A stretch of 64,000 nt of DNA from the IMG/VR virus record IMGVR_UViG_3300028048_001412, positions 173,858-237,857 of that record. One strand, written 5' to 3'. This DNA is from a virus (taxonomy: Duplodnaviria; Heunggongvirae; Uroviricota; Caudoviricetes). Within the stretch, counting starts at the first letter, position 1; the number at the start of each line of letters is the position of its first letter. Shown piece after piece: positions 39,203 to 51,242 of the stretch. The notes beneath the pieces were generated by a model. That model saw only the letters and a program-made list of their open reading frames with translations, searched no databases and was not told where the DNA came from. Made by a program: the position numbers and the translations under genes.

Positions 39203-42200
39203 ATGAGTAAGAAAATTAATGATTTGTTAAAATGGGAAGGAACAACTATAATAATGGATAAGAAAGGAAAAGTTAAAGGAACTTTTGATAAGTCAAGCAT
39301 AAATCCTTCTGAAATTTGTAATAATATAAAAGAATTATCTAAATATTATGAACTTCAAATTAAAGATTTAGAAGAAGAAATAAAAGAATTAAAATCTAAT
39401 AAGGCTTATAAAGATTTAGAAAAACAAAATAAAGAACTTAATAATAAATTTTGGGATAATTGTTTATGTCAATTAACTGATAAGGAAGCAAAAGCAATTA
39501 AAGATTTTAAAGATAAACATTATAAAAAATGTGCAGAGAAAAAATTAAACGAGATGTATAAATCAGGCCGTTTTCCAGTAAATGGAAGTACTTTCGGTTC
39601 TACTTATATTTATACTATAGAAGGAACAAGTTTAGGCTCTATTATAAAAGTAAAATGTCCTATTTGCGGAGAAGAACAAGAAATTACAGATGGAGATAAA
39701 TTCTAAAATGAAAAATATTCCTAAATTAAAACCATATCAAGAATATAGTGAAGAAACTAAAATGGAATGTGCAAAAATAATATCAGAAAAAATCAAATGT
39801 ATGCAATCAAGATTATTTTCTGATATATTTTCATATTTTGATAGAATAGTTGAAAAAGAAGGATTTAAATATGAGTAGAGAAGTTTTAAATGAAAGAGAA
39901 TTAAGACTTATTTATGATATATTAAGTGAATATTCAGATAATATGGATGATCTTTTAGGAGATGAATATTCCGAAGAATTATATGAACTTTATCTAAAAT
40001 TACATAAAAAATTTGGTGATTCTTATGAAGATGAAGAGGAAGAAGATGAGTAAAGGAACTGAACAAGAATTCATAGAATATATGAAATCAATTAAAAAAT
40101 GTAAAATAAGTAAAGAAGAAGCAAGAAAAGTATTATTTGAAGCTGGACTTATCACTAAATCGGGTAAACCATTTGATTTTAGTAAACATTGGTTAGGAGT
40201 AGGACCTAAATAATTATGAATGGAAATTTTACAACAGAAAATAACACATCAGTTTTTAATAAAATAACTCAAAAGTTTATAGATGAACCCGCAATAATTA
40301 TGATGAAAGATATTGGTTCTCCATTAAGAATAGGAGAATATAAAGAATTGAAGGCTTATTTTGATTCTATTCCTAAAGAAATTAATGAGAATTTTGAGTT
40401 AATTCAATTTAACGAATTCAAATTATCTACTCAAGAAATTTGTGATTTGTTTAACTATCTTCAAAATTACACCATCGGCAAAGAAAAATGGGATGAAATA
40501 AAATCATATAACGAAGTTCAGATGAAAGGATTTTTGAAATGGATTACGAATATTTAATTAAAAATAAAATGATTGTTAATCATACAAGCAATCTTGAAGA
40601 ACTTATTCCTTTAAATCATTGTTCTAATTTTATTTTAACTGAAGAGTTGTTATGGATATATATGAGAGCGGAAGATGGAACACAAGATAGAGAAAGAGAA
40701 CATTATTTTAAAATGATTACTCATGAATTAAAGGAACGAATAGAAAATCATGGATAATCAAAATTGGGATTTAGAAGAAGAATTTGAAGAAATAGATTTT
40801 ATACCTAAACATAAAACATTTCCAGTAAAACTTAAAATAATTAAAAGAGAAAAACATAAACCTTTCTTCGATTTAGAAGATATATCAGAAGATTTTGAAG
40901 AATTATAAATGGATAAGATAATTATAAAAAATAAAACCGGTAATGGTTTTCATATGAGACTCAAACAATTCTTACTTAATGAACATTATAAAGGAAATGA
41001 AGTAATAATTGAAGATTCTAAAGGTGAATATAAACAATTTATTAAATTATTAGATTTGAATAAAGATGAAGTTTGCATAATGGAGGAATAATAAATGTTT
41101 TTCTTTATAAGTTATTTTGTAGTAATGGCATTATTATTTATAATTGATTGCGCGAAAGAATAAATTATAAGAAGCGAGGGTATAAATTATGAAAAAATTA
41201 TTTATTTGTTTATTGTTAATTTTAGGAATAACTAATAGTACTTTTGCTTTAGGAAATGGTAATAATACTTATCATATTAGTTCGCCTATTCCTACAGTTA
41301 AAGATATAGTAATAAATCCATTTAGAGCAGAAGATACAACTTTTATAAATGGAATTTATATCATAAATCAAAGAGTAGATGTAAAATATGAAAGTCCAAT
41401 AACTGGAAATGTTATATTCAAATGTAAATTAATGAATACTTATACTAAAACTGAATTTCCGATTATGATACCTAAATTTGTAAATGCAGGATTGAATGAT
41501 TTAAAAGATTTCTATATATTGCCATCTTTTTATTGCCAAGCCAATGATATAAATAATTTAAATGATTGGAAAAATTATTTTAATATTATAAATATTGAAA
41601 ATGTATTACCAGGAGGTCAATAATGAGTTATAAAATAATAGGAAGTTTTATGGATACATATAAAGGAAATAGAACTTCTTTAAGAAAAGAACATCATAAT
41701 AAATTAATAGAAGTTATAAATCATCATATGCATTCTGAATTTTATAAAGGAAAAGAATTAGATTTTCTTCATGATAAAGGATTTAATTTATACTTTAAAA
41801 ATAATGAAGGAATATTATCAAGAGGAAGTGGTAAAACAGGATTCAAATTCAATATAGATAATGAAGGTAAAGCTCATGTTGATTATATTAAATCTTGTTT
41901 CCTTGATAAATTTGATTGGAGAGAAGATGATGATTGTTCAATTCATCCAACTTTATTCTTTACTAAAAATAAATTAAGAAAATATATACAGGACAGAATA
42001 GATTATTTACCTGTAGATATATAAAGGAGGAATTATTTATGTCAAAAGTAGATAAAGTATTTTTACAACATGGCTATCAACCACAACCAGAAGAAGGAAA
42101 ATCAATTGAGGATTATGGTAAAATAATACCTCCAAAAACAATTAGTAATGCAGTAATGCCTAAAAATAACGGGTTAGAAGATTTTATCAAACTTTGTATT

Positions 42201-42335
42201 GATAAATTCGGAACAGATAAAGCAATTATTTGTCTTGAAGGTAAAAACTGGGGAATTCAACCTATTAAAACTGATAATAAAGGAACTATAACTGATATTA
42301 TGCAAGGAGTAGCTTATTTTGGAGCAAGTAATTAA
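39203..42335 (+). other. block of small hypothetical genes
   Basis: Packed + strand ORFs. Confidence 0.7.
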
Positions 42336-42344
42336 AAACTTCAT

Positions 42345-43662
42345 AATACAGTAAAAGTATTTTACTAAAATTAACCATTATTTATTTTAAGAAAGGAGAG
42401 ATATTGGTTGTAGAAAGAACGGAAAGACATATTCTAAAGTATAATTTAAAAGAAATTGATGAACTATGTTTTAACTCAAAAAATCTTTATAATTATTGTA
42501 ATTATATTTTAAGGCAATCCTTTATTCAAACTGGAAAATTACCTAAAGAATATGAATTATCAAAACAACTGACAAAAGAAAAACAAATAGATTGGGTCAA
42601 AATGGGATCAAATACAAATCAACAGATTTTGAAATTACTTTATAAAAATTGGAAATCGTTTTTCAAAGCAAATCAGGAATATAAGAAAAATTCAAGCAAG
42701 TTCAAAGGAAGACCTAAATTACCAAAATACAAAGATAAAGAAAAAGGAAGAAATATTGTAATTTTCCCTTGTAACAATAAAAATAATATTTATGATAGTT
42801 TATTTCATTTTCCAAAATTTACTAAAATAAACCCAATTAAAACCTTTGTAACTAATAAAAATTTGGCGCAAGCAAGAATAGTTCCACAAACTAATTGTTA
42901 TATTTTAGAAATTGTTTATAAAATTAATATTTCAGATAATAAGGTTTCGGATGATAATATTTTAAGTATTGATTTGGGAATAAATAATTTAGCTGCTTGT
43001 TTTGATAGAGATAATAATTCTTCTTTTATAATTTCTGGTAAAATTATTAAATCCTTTAATCAGTTTTATAATAAACAAAGTGCAAAATTAAAATCTACTA
43101 CTAAAATTGTAAATAATAAAGAAATAAGCAAACGATTAAAAAGATTATCACTAAAGCGAGAAAATAAAATTATAGATTATTTTCATAAATCAACTAAATA
43201 TATAATAGATTATTGCATGGAACATAATATAGGCAAGGTAATAGTCGGCCATAATAAAGATTGGAAACAAAATTCAAATCTCGGTAAAATAAATAATCAA
43301 AAATTTATCCAAATTCCATTTAACAAGTTTATTCAACAATTAAATTACAAATGCGAGAATATTGGATTAGAGTTTATTTTAACAGAGGAGAGTTACAGTT
43401 CAAAAATTGACCATTTAGCAAAAGAAGAAATGAAACATCAAGAAAGCTATTTAGGTAAAAGAAAGAAAAGAGGACTATTCCAAAGCAGTAGAGGTTTTGA
43501 AATTAATGCAGATATAAATGGAGCGATAGGAATAATGAGAAAAGTAATCAGCAATTCTGAATTTAATCAGATAGTTGATAGAGGCGTCGTAATAACGCCA
43601 AATAGAATAAACATTTATTCAAAATAGATGAGTTTCTATTAAAAAAGACTTTAAATTTTTAA
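42345..43662 (+). mobile_element. non-autonomous IS200/IS605-family element carrying tnpB (ends approximate)
   Basis: Hairpin GTAAAA-GTAT-TTTTAC upstream; GGCGT..ACGCC and AATAG..CTATT hairpins at the 3' end; no tnpA adjacent. Confidence 0.6.
42404..43627 (+). CDS. tnpB: TnpB RNA-guided nuclease family protein
   Basis: SKNLYN, PKLPKYK, SIDLGINN, EESYSSK, NADINGA. Confidence 0.92.
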   Translation: MVVERTERHILKYNLKEIDELCFNSKNLYNYCNYILRQSFIQTGKLPKEYELSKQLTKEKQIDWVKMGSNTNQQILKLLYKNWKSFFKANQEYKKNSSKFKGRPKLPKYKDKEKGRNIVIFPCNNKNNIYDSLFHFPKFTKINPIKTFVTNKNLAQARIVPQTNCYILEIVYKINISDNKVSDDNILSIDLGINNLAACFDRDNNSSFIISGKIIKSFNQFYNKQSAKLKSTTKIVNNKEISKRLKRLSLKRENKIIDYFHKSTKYIIDYCMEHNIGKVIVGHNKDWKQNSNLGKINNQKFIQIPFNKFIQQLNYKCENIGLEFILTEESYSSKIDHLAKEEMKHQESYLGKRKKRGLFQSSRGFEINADINGAIGIMRKVISNSEFNQIVDRGVVITPNRINIYSK

Positions 43663-45048
43663 TAGTTTTTATATTATAAAATATTCTGATAATAGAGTAC
43701 TTAATGATTTCACTATTGGATTAAATAATGAATTATCTGAATTTGGACCTATGTCAGGTTCACCGATTACTAAAGAAGAATTCAATGCATTACAAGAATT
43801 TCAAATATTATTTAGAGGAAGTTTAATGTCTAGAGATATATTCTATAATTCATTTAGGTCTATAAGGTAAAAGATTTGTGAATTATCACTTGTAATTTAG
43901 AAAAGGAAATATTTAAATGAATGAAGCGTCATTTAAAGAAGAAATTATTGAAAATGAAGAACATTTAGAAGAAAAAGAGATTGAAAATAATGAAAGAGAA
44001 GACGAGAAATTAAATTATAAAAAATTAAATTTAATCATTGGATTCATCATAATAGTAATAGTTATAGTAATTATATTATCAATCTTTCTTATATTTAAAA
44101 ATCCTATGAAAACAGAAATAATAAGAGGGAGTACAATAGGACCAAAATAAGGCAATATTAAAATGAAAATAAGTAAATTGATAACGATTTTAGAAAATTA
44201 TAAAGAAAAACACGGAGATATTGAAGTGAAAGAATGGGAAGGTGCCGAAGGAGTAGAACCTAGATTTACATTTGAAGAAAAAGATAAATTATTGTATATT
44301 TCAAATTAAGAAAGGATTTTATTATGAGATACGAAGAATACATAAAAATGTGCACTCAAGATTTTTCAGCCAATTCAAGACAAGATAATTCTCAAAATTC
44401 CATTATTACAATTATAGTTATATTTATTATATTGATATTAATGGGATTATTATTAATGGTTGCATCATCTTTATAAGGAGATAAAAATGGTTTTCATATT
44501 AGAATTAATTTTAAATACTTGTTCCACTATAGGAATTTGTACTATTATGTATGTTATTGCAAATCAACCTATTACAAGATTTACTGTAATTGTATGGGGA
44601 ATTACAGGGATGATGATAAGAATAATGTTTTATATTTATGAGAATAGAAAAAAATTTAATTTCCATAAAGAAAATACTAATGAAAATAAACAGGAGGAAT
44701 AATATATGATGGAAATGGGATTTACTAATGTAATATTAGCTGAAAATAAAATCTTAAAAAAGAAATTAGAATATATAAAAGATTTAATCCAAGATGAAAT
44801 ATATCAAGGATTTAATCATCCTATTTATGATAGTATAAAAGCCATTTGCGAAAATAAAACTTGCAATACTTGTAAATGGTGGGAGAAAGAAGATATAACA
44901 GATGGAATGGTTTGTGTTAATGCTGATTCTGATGATGTAACCGAATGGACTGATGGTAATCATTCATGCAAATGTTGGGAAAAATGCGAAAAATTACAGA
45001 AAAACGATGAAAATTCCGAAAATTAATGCATAAAATAAGGCAAAAGTA

Positions 45049-45095
45049 TTGATTTATATTCAAAAATATCTTATAATATTATTATAATATAATAA
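45049..45095 (+). promoter_or_regulatory. sigmaA-type early promoter with tandem TATAAT repeat
   Basis: TTGATT-17 bp-TATAAT. Confidence 0.8.
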
Positions 45096-45328
45096 CAATA
45101 TTATAAGAAAGGAGAAATTATATTATGAACGTTCAAGTTAAAATATTATCTAATGATGATTATAATTCATTAGCTTTTGATGTAAGGAGTTATATAAATG
45201 AAAATTCTAAACCTGAAGATGTAGTGGATATAAAATATTCTACTGTATTTGATTCATTAAAAAATCAAATTATATATTCAGCTTTAGTTTATATTGAACA
45301 TAAGTAATTTTTAAGGAGAATTATAAAA

Positions 45329-45481
45329 ATGGATAACAAAGAAAAGAAATCAACAGTTAAAAAATTTGCATTAAGATTAGAGCCTGATGTTTATGAAAAA
45401 CTTGAAAAGAAAGCAAAAGCTGATTCTAGATCTGTAAATGCATATATTAATTTACTCATTAAAAAAGATGTAGAGCAGTAA
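45329..45481 (+). CDS. Arc-like ribbon-helix-helix regulator (50 aa, not in ORF track)
   Basis: KFALRLEPDVYEKLEKKAKADSRSVNAYI; AAGGAG RBS. Confidence 0.8.
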   Translation: MDNKEKKSTVKKFALRLEPDVYEKLEKKAKADSRSVNAYINLLIKKDVEQ

Positions 45482-45972
45482 AAAACATCAATCATATTTC
45501 AATAAGGAGGTTATTTTATGCAACCTGGAGAATATGAGAAAATGAAAAGATTCAATGCTTTTATGAATTGGATTGGTTTAAAGAAACCTCAACTTCTTTA
45601 TGAATATAATAATTATTTAGAAGAATTTGGAATGGATCCTAATTTGAAACTTAAAGAAAGAGATGTGATTATAACAAATGAAGATAAGTAAATCAGAAAG
45701 AATTCTACTAAATAAAAAATGTAAACAATGTTTAAAATGTGATTTTACTAATAAATATTGTAAACATTATAATAAACCTTTATCTAAAGAACTTATGATT
45801 TTATGTGAAGTAGATAAAAGAAAATTATGTTCTTTATGCAGTAATTGGGATAAAAATACAGAATATTGCTCTTTAGCTAAAATGGGTAAATTTAAAGATG
45901 GAGATACTTTAAGAATGTGTGAATATTCTTTCAAATTAAAAGAATAAATTATTTAAAAGGAAACAAATAACT

Positions 45973-46530
45973 ATGGAATTTTTAAGCAAAATTGAATTAA
46001 AAGAATTACTTATTTTTACAAGTCTCAATTTGATATACTGTTTATTATCAGTATTTAAAGATATTTTGAGGCAAAGAGGGACTAGAAATCAAAGTGCTTG
46101 GATGTCTACTTTTACATATGCAACCTATATTTTAGTAATCAAGCGCATAACTAATAGTAGTACAGAAGTTGCAATTATTGGTACTATGATAAGTAACTTT
46201 TTAGGAGATTATTTAGGAAGATGGATAATTGAATATTTTATACCTAGACAAGTAATATGTTATAGATATACAATATGTAAAGATAGATCAGATATTGAAA
46301 ATATAATTGATTTTCTAGAAAATAATGATTTAGGTTATAAATATGAAAATGCCCATTCTAGACATAAAGAATATTTATCATTTCAAGTTTATACTAAAGA
46401 CAAAGAAGAAGATAAATTAGTAGAAAATATGTTAAATGAACATAATATTATTCATTATAATAGAGGAGAATCTCGAAATAAAGGTAATATTAATTTAGGT
46501 CAAAAGCAAAATGAAAATAATAGCCAATAA
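45973..46530 (+). CDS. DUF2179/DUF5698-like membrane protein
   Basis: Three TM helices plus ACT-like C-terminus; paralog at 50125. Confidence 0.55.
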   Translation: MEFLSKIELKELLIFTSLNLIYCLLSVFKDILRQRGTRNQSAWMSTFTYATYILVIKRITNSSTEVAIIGTMISNFLGDYLGRWIIEYFIPRQVICYRYTICKDRSDIENIIDFLENNDLGYKYENAHSRHKEYLSFQVYTKDKEEDKLVENMLNEHNIIHYNRGESRNKGNINLGQKQNENNSQ

Positions 46531-46963
46531 TAAAAAAGCATATCACGATTATTTTGTAGAAGATACCTATGAAGCCGGTATTGTTTTGACTGGAAATGAA
46601 ATAAAGTCAATAAGACAAGGAAAATGTTCAATAAAAGAATCTATTTGTAGAATAATAAATAATGAATGTTTTATTATAAATATGAATATTTCTCATTATG
46701 AACATGGAACTATTTGGAATGGTGATCCTACTAGAACTAGAAAATTATTGTTGCATAAGAAAGAAATATCTAAAATAAATGGTCAATTAACTCAAAAAGG
46801 ATATACTTTAATTCCCATTGAAGTTTATTTAAAAGACGGATTATGTAAATTAAAGATAGGCCTTTGTTGGGGTAAAAAAATCTATGATAAACGCCAAGAT
46901 AAAAAGAATAAAGATATAAATAAACAAATTTCTCAAGCTCTTAAAAAGAGTATTAAATCATAA
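46511..46963 (+). CDS. smpB: SsrA-binding protein SmpB
   Basis: NKKAYHDY..EAGIVL.G.EIKS, RTRKLLLHKKEI, GKK.YDKR. Confidence 0.97.
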   Translation: MKIIANNKKAYHDYFVEDTYEAGIVLTGNEIKSIRQGKCSIKESICRIINNECFIINMNISHYEHGTIWNGDPTRTRKLLLHKKEISKINGQLTQKGYTLIPIEVYLKDGLCKLKIGLCWGKKIYDKRQDKKNKDINKQISQALKKSIKS

Positions 46964-47215
46964 CTTTTAATAGGAGGATAAAAATCTATGAGTAGATGTT
47001 ATGAATGTGAAAATACTGATTGCGCTTGTAAAGAATGCGATGCAAACCCATGTTTTTATAAAATAGGATATTCACAAGATGGGCACGAATGTTTTACTGA
47101 CTATTGTATTAAAAAAGATGAAGAAGGTGGAAATAACTTTTTAGGGTATGATGTGGATGATCCTGATGATTTAGAAGATTGTTTTGAAGATTTTCACGAA
47201 GGAGATTTCTAAAAT

Positions 47216-47743
47216 ATGACGTTTGAATGGCTTAATAAAAGTAATGTATTAGAAATGGAATCTATAAATAGAGAATTATTTAAACAAGATGTTAAAATGG
47301 TAAGAAATGAAGAAGGTTCTATTTATAGAGATGTATTATTAGGAAAATATCATAATTGTTCTAAAATGAATTATGCTTTAATTAAAGAAGATAATGGAAG
47401 AACAGTTGGAATTATAGGTTATTATCAACCTAATCAAGATCCTAATTCAATATGGATTGGATGGTTTGGAATAAAAGAAGTCTTTAGAAGACAAGGATAT
47501 GGAAAGAAAGCTTTAAAAGGATTGATAAATTATGTTAAAAAATCATTTCCTGAAATTACTACTTTAAGAGTTTATACTGGAATTCATGAAAATCCAATAG
47601 CATTACATTTATATGAATCTTTAGGATTTGAAAGGGAAAATAAATTATTTAAACTTAAAGAAGATTCTGATGAAACTGTAGTATTATCTATGTCTTTAGA
47701 TGGTAATCCTGTTAAATATTGGAATGAAGTTCCTATTTGGTAA
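47216..47743 (+). CDS. GNAT acetyltransferase
   Basis: FRRQGYGKKAL, LYESLGF. Confidence 0.88.
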   Translation: MTFEWLNKSNVLEMESINRELFKQDVKMVRNEEGSIYRDVLLGKYHNCSKMNYALIKEDNGRTVGIIGYYQPNQDPNSIWIGWFGIKEVFRRQGYGKKALKGLINYVKKSFPEITTLRVYTGIHENPIALHLYESLGFERENKLFKLKEDSDETVVLSMSLDGNPVKYWNEVPIW

Positions 47744-47748
47744 AAATT

Positions 47749-48180
47749 ATGAAAAAATTAAGTTGTGGAATAATTGTAAAAGATAATCAAAATAGAATAC
47801 TTGCTTGTCATCCTACTGGAAGACCTAATTTTGATGGTAATTATGATTTACCTAAAGGAATTCATGAAGAAAATGAATCTGAAATAGATACCGCAATTAG
47901 AGAATTATATGAAGAGACTAACTTACAAATTCCTGATAATTCAATGTTAAAAGATTTAGGAACATTTGAATATCTCAAAGATAAAGATTTACATTTATGG
48001 GTATTTGAACTAAATAATTCATTTGATAATATTAGAAATGAATTGAAATGTAATAGTAAATTTGAATTAAAAGGAGCTTCTGTTCCTGAAGTAAATTATT
48101 ATATATTTGCAGATAGAATAGAAACTTTTTATCCTAGTATTCAAAAAGTATTACACAAAATAGGAGGATTGTATGAATAA
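47749..48180 (+). CDS. Nudix hydrolase
   Basis: PKG..EENESEIDTAIRELYEET Nudix box. Confidence 0.9.
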   Translation: MKKLSCGIIVKDNQNRILACHPTGRPNFDGNYDLPKGIHEENESEIDTAIRELYEETNLQIPDNSMLKDLGTFEYLKDKDLHLWVFELNNSFDNIRNELKCNSKFELKGASVPEVNYYIFADRIETFYPSIQKVLHKIGGLYE

Positions 48181-48379
48181 AGTAACATTAGAATTTACTG
48201 AAGAAGAATTACAAACATTAGTTAATGCCATGGATTGTTATATTTATGAGAATGATGAATCAAAGGAAGATAAAGCATTATTTGATAAAATAAATAATGC
48301 ATTGAATTCTATTATTGATAAAAATGAAAAAGAACCGGCTTGTAGTTCTTGGAAAGATTTTGATTAAAGGAATAAAGAA

Positions 48380-49297
48380 ATGAGAAATAAATTATTACTT
48401 TCAATTGGATTATTATGCATATTATTTTCTTTTAATTCATTTGCTTCTACTGAAGTTAGTGAAAAAGGAAAAATGACAATTAAAATATTAGAAGAAAAAG
48501 ATGCTTCTTTTAATAAGAAATCTAATGCTTCTAATAAATCCACTCAAACCACTACTACTCAATCTAAAGTTCAAACTGCTCCTCCAACTTTATATACTGG
48601 ATGGCAAAATGTAATACCAAATACTCAATATTGGATTTATATGATTAATAATGTTCCAGTTAAAGGATGGTATTATGTAAATGGATGGTATTATTTTGAT
48701 GAAAATTCTAGTTTAATGTATATAAATCAATGGAAAGAATCTAATGGTAAATGGTATTATCTAGGAGTAGATGGTAAAATGTTAGTAAATGCAAATACTC
48801 CAGATGGTTATTATGTAGATGCTAATGGAGTATGGAATGGAAATGGTTCTAATAATTCAACTGTTTCTGTAAATAAAGATAATTCAGGAGTAGCAGATGA
48901 AAGTTCTAAATATCTTTATAATAGAGTAATATTTAGTAAAAATAGTAGTTCAATTACTAAATCTACTAAATTAGATGGTGAAACATTAAAAAAGAATATA
49001 ATAAAAGTTAATAATGATGGAGAATTTTATATCCCTAATACTAAAAAATATGTAAAATTAACTTTTGATTATCTTATAGAAGAGCCAAATAAAGATAATG
49101 AATATGATTTGGAAATTTATATAAATGATGAATTAGCTACTGAATTAACTGATTTTTCTAGTTCTAAACGAACATTTGAATTTGATTTTGAAGAAAATAG
49201 TACTATATTATTTAAATGGCATGTAAATACAGAAGATGGTTCTAAAGTAGCAAAAGCAGTAAATTTATATGTATATAATGGAATTTTAAGTAAATAG
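48380..49297 (+). CDS. secreted protein with cell-wall (choline-binding-type) repeats
   Basis: Signal peptide; GWYYF, WKESNGKWYYLG.DGKML, TPDGYYV..NGVW. Confidence 0.85.
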   Translation: MRNKLLLSIGLLCILFSFNSFASTEVSEKGKMTIKILEEKDASFNKKSNASNKSTQTTTTQSKVQTAPPTLYTGWQNVIPNTQYWIYMINNVPVKGWYYVNGWYYFDENSSLMYINQWKESNGKWYYLGVDGKMLVNANTPDGYYVDANGVWNGNGSNNSTVSVNKDNSGVADESSKYLYNRVIFSKNSSSITKSTKLDGETLKKNIIKVNNDGEFYIPNTKKYVKLTFDYLIEEPNKDNEYDLEIYINDELATELTDFSSSKRTFEFDFEENSTILFKWHVNTEDGSKVAKAVNLYVYNGILSK

Positions 49298-49301
49298 ACT
49301 C

Positions 49302-49330
49302 TTGATTTTTATCTGAAAATATATTATAAT
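49302..49330 (+). promoter_or_regulatory. sigmaA-type promoter
   Basis: TTGATT-17 bp-TATAAT. Confidence 0.75.
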
Positions 49331-49339
49331 TAAATATAT

Positions 49340-49529
49340 AAGGTAATAGGTAGTCCTCCTATGGTTCCTCTCATGAAATACCCTTGTAAAAAAGCATTCG
49401 GAGATTTACGAGTTATCTCCTGATTTTAAAAATAACTGAGGTTGAGAAGCAGTTTATAAATATTATTTTTGTTAATTGATAAGGAGCCTCAGATATGTAT
49501 CTCAACCATACATTGATGAAGTTCCTTAT
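49340..49529 (+). ncRNA. structured RNA with predicted kissing loops
   Basis: Four hairpin domains; loop GGTTGAG (49440-46) complements loop CTCAACC (49501-07). Confidence 0.6.
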
Positions 49530-50124
49530 TTAATTATATATTGTGTATGGAAAATAAAGAATTAGAAAATTTAATAATCATGGAAGGAATGGAAAATACT
49601 AAAGAAGCATCTATTGAAACTACTATTGAAGATATTACTGGAACTATACCAATGAGAGAGACTGAAACTACTGAAGGAGAAACTATTCAAAGTGATTTAC
49701 AACACTTATTAAATGCTACAAGAATAATTCTCCCTATAATTATTTCTACTTTATTATTAATATTTGTAGTATTATTCACCGACAAGATATTATATAAAAT
49801 GAATAATAAATCGAAAGGGAGATTGAAAAATGAAAACTAAATTTCTTTATGAATCTCATTTAGGAGGGTGTTTCTGGTCAGATAAAGAACTAACATATGA
49901 ACAAAGATTTTGTGACGAATGTTGTGATATAGATTATCTTGTAGGAAAAGCTAGTAATATAGATGAGGCAAAAAAATTAATAGATGATATATCTCATCCA
50001 TTTAGAAATCTTCCATCTGAAGATTTAGAAGATGAAGAAGATAGAGAATTTTGTCAATATACAGACGAACATATTAAAGAATTACTTGAAGAATTTGAAA
50101 GATAAAAAGGAGTTAATAATATAA

Positions 50125-50712
50125 ATGAGTAATATAATAATTGGTTCTGGATTTATAGGAATTACAATTTATCTTATATTAAGAATTATTCATGCTGGAT
50201 TGCACGAATTTAAGTCAATATTTTTCTTAAATAGTAAGAATATTATAGTTGCAGTCTTATTAGCAGATATTTATTGTGTATTTGATATACTTTGTATAAA
50301 AACAATAGCACAATCAGATGTAGTAATAAGTTGTGTAGTAATGGTAATAGCAACTACTTTATCTATAACTTCTGCAATGTTATATCAGCAAAAACATTTG
50401 AAAGAATATGTATATACATTTGAAATTACTACTAAATATCCTGATATAAGATTTGAATTAAAAGATAAATTTAAAGCTTTAAATATTCCTTATGAATATC
50501 AATGGTATTATTATGAAAATGATAAAAACAATGATGATGAAATATCTAAAGGAATAGAAAATAATGAATTTGGAGAAACTTTATACCATAGATATTTAGT
50601 TCATGCATTCACTAAGGGCCATAGCCGACAATTAGAAAAAATATTAAAAGGATATGAATATTCTAAAGTTAAATATTTAAAAACTCAAACTTCTTCATAT
50701 ATTGAAAGGTAA
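50125..50712 (+). CDS. DUF2179/DUF5698-like membrane protein, paralog
   Basis: Same TM plus ACT-like layout as 45973. Confidence 0.55.
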   Translation: MSNIIIGSGFIGITIYLILRIIHAGLHEFKSIFFLNSKNIIVAVLLADIYCVFDILCIKTIAQSDVVISCVVMVIATTLSITSAMLYQQKHLKEYVYTFEITTKYPDIRFELKDKFKALNIPYEYQWYYYENDKNNDDEISKGIENNEFGETLYHRYLVHAFTKGHSRQLEKILKGYEYSKVKYLKTQTSSYIER

Positions 50713-50717
50713 ATTAA

Positions 50718-51242
50718 ATGAGAAGATTAAATGGAATGGAAACAGCCGGATTATTGTATGTAATAGAACTTTTTAAAAATGATAAATCCAGATCTTATAT
50801 TATAATTGATATAATACTTATTCCTTTAATTAGCATTGGTTGTGCTTTTGTATCAGAATATGCTCACTCTATAAATCAATATGAATTAGTATTTGGTTTA
50901 TATTCATTGTTAAGTATTATTTTAGTACTTGTTTTAGTTGGAAAAGCAATGATTGTATATAATAGAGATAAAAATGGATTACCTACTAAATCATCTGAAA
51001 GTAAATTCTGGGTTTTACCATTAAAAAATACATTAATTTTATTCTTTTGTTTATTTTTACCGTCTTTTGGAATAATGTGGTTATGTTTATTTATAAATTA
51101 TCTCGAAAATAAAATAACAAAAGAAATGTTAATATTTTTATCTATTTTCTTTATAGCATTCGGAATAATATTATTTATGATTGCAAATGGAACTTATAAA
51201 TCAAATTTGGAGAAATTAAAGAAAGATGAAAAACACAATTAA
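50718..51242 (+). CDS. multi-pass membrane protein
   Basis: Four hydrophobic helices. Confidence 0.65.
   Translation: MRRLNGMETAGLLYVIELFKNDKSRSYIIIDIILIPLISIGCAFVSEYAHSINQYELVFGLYSLLSIILVLVLVGKAMIVYNRDKNGLPTKSSESKFWVLPLKNTLILFFCLFLPSFGIMWLCLFINYLENKITKEMLIFLSIFFIAFGIILFMIANGTYKSNLEKLKKDEKHN

Larger units (their letters stand above)
43917..45947 (+). other. block of small hypothetical genes
   Basis: Packed + strand ORFs. Confidence 0.65.

Noticed and set aside
49361-49423. 20-codon ORF inside the kissing-loop region
   Set aside because: No RBS (preceded by CCTCCT); the region is better explained by RNA structure.
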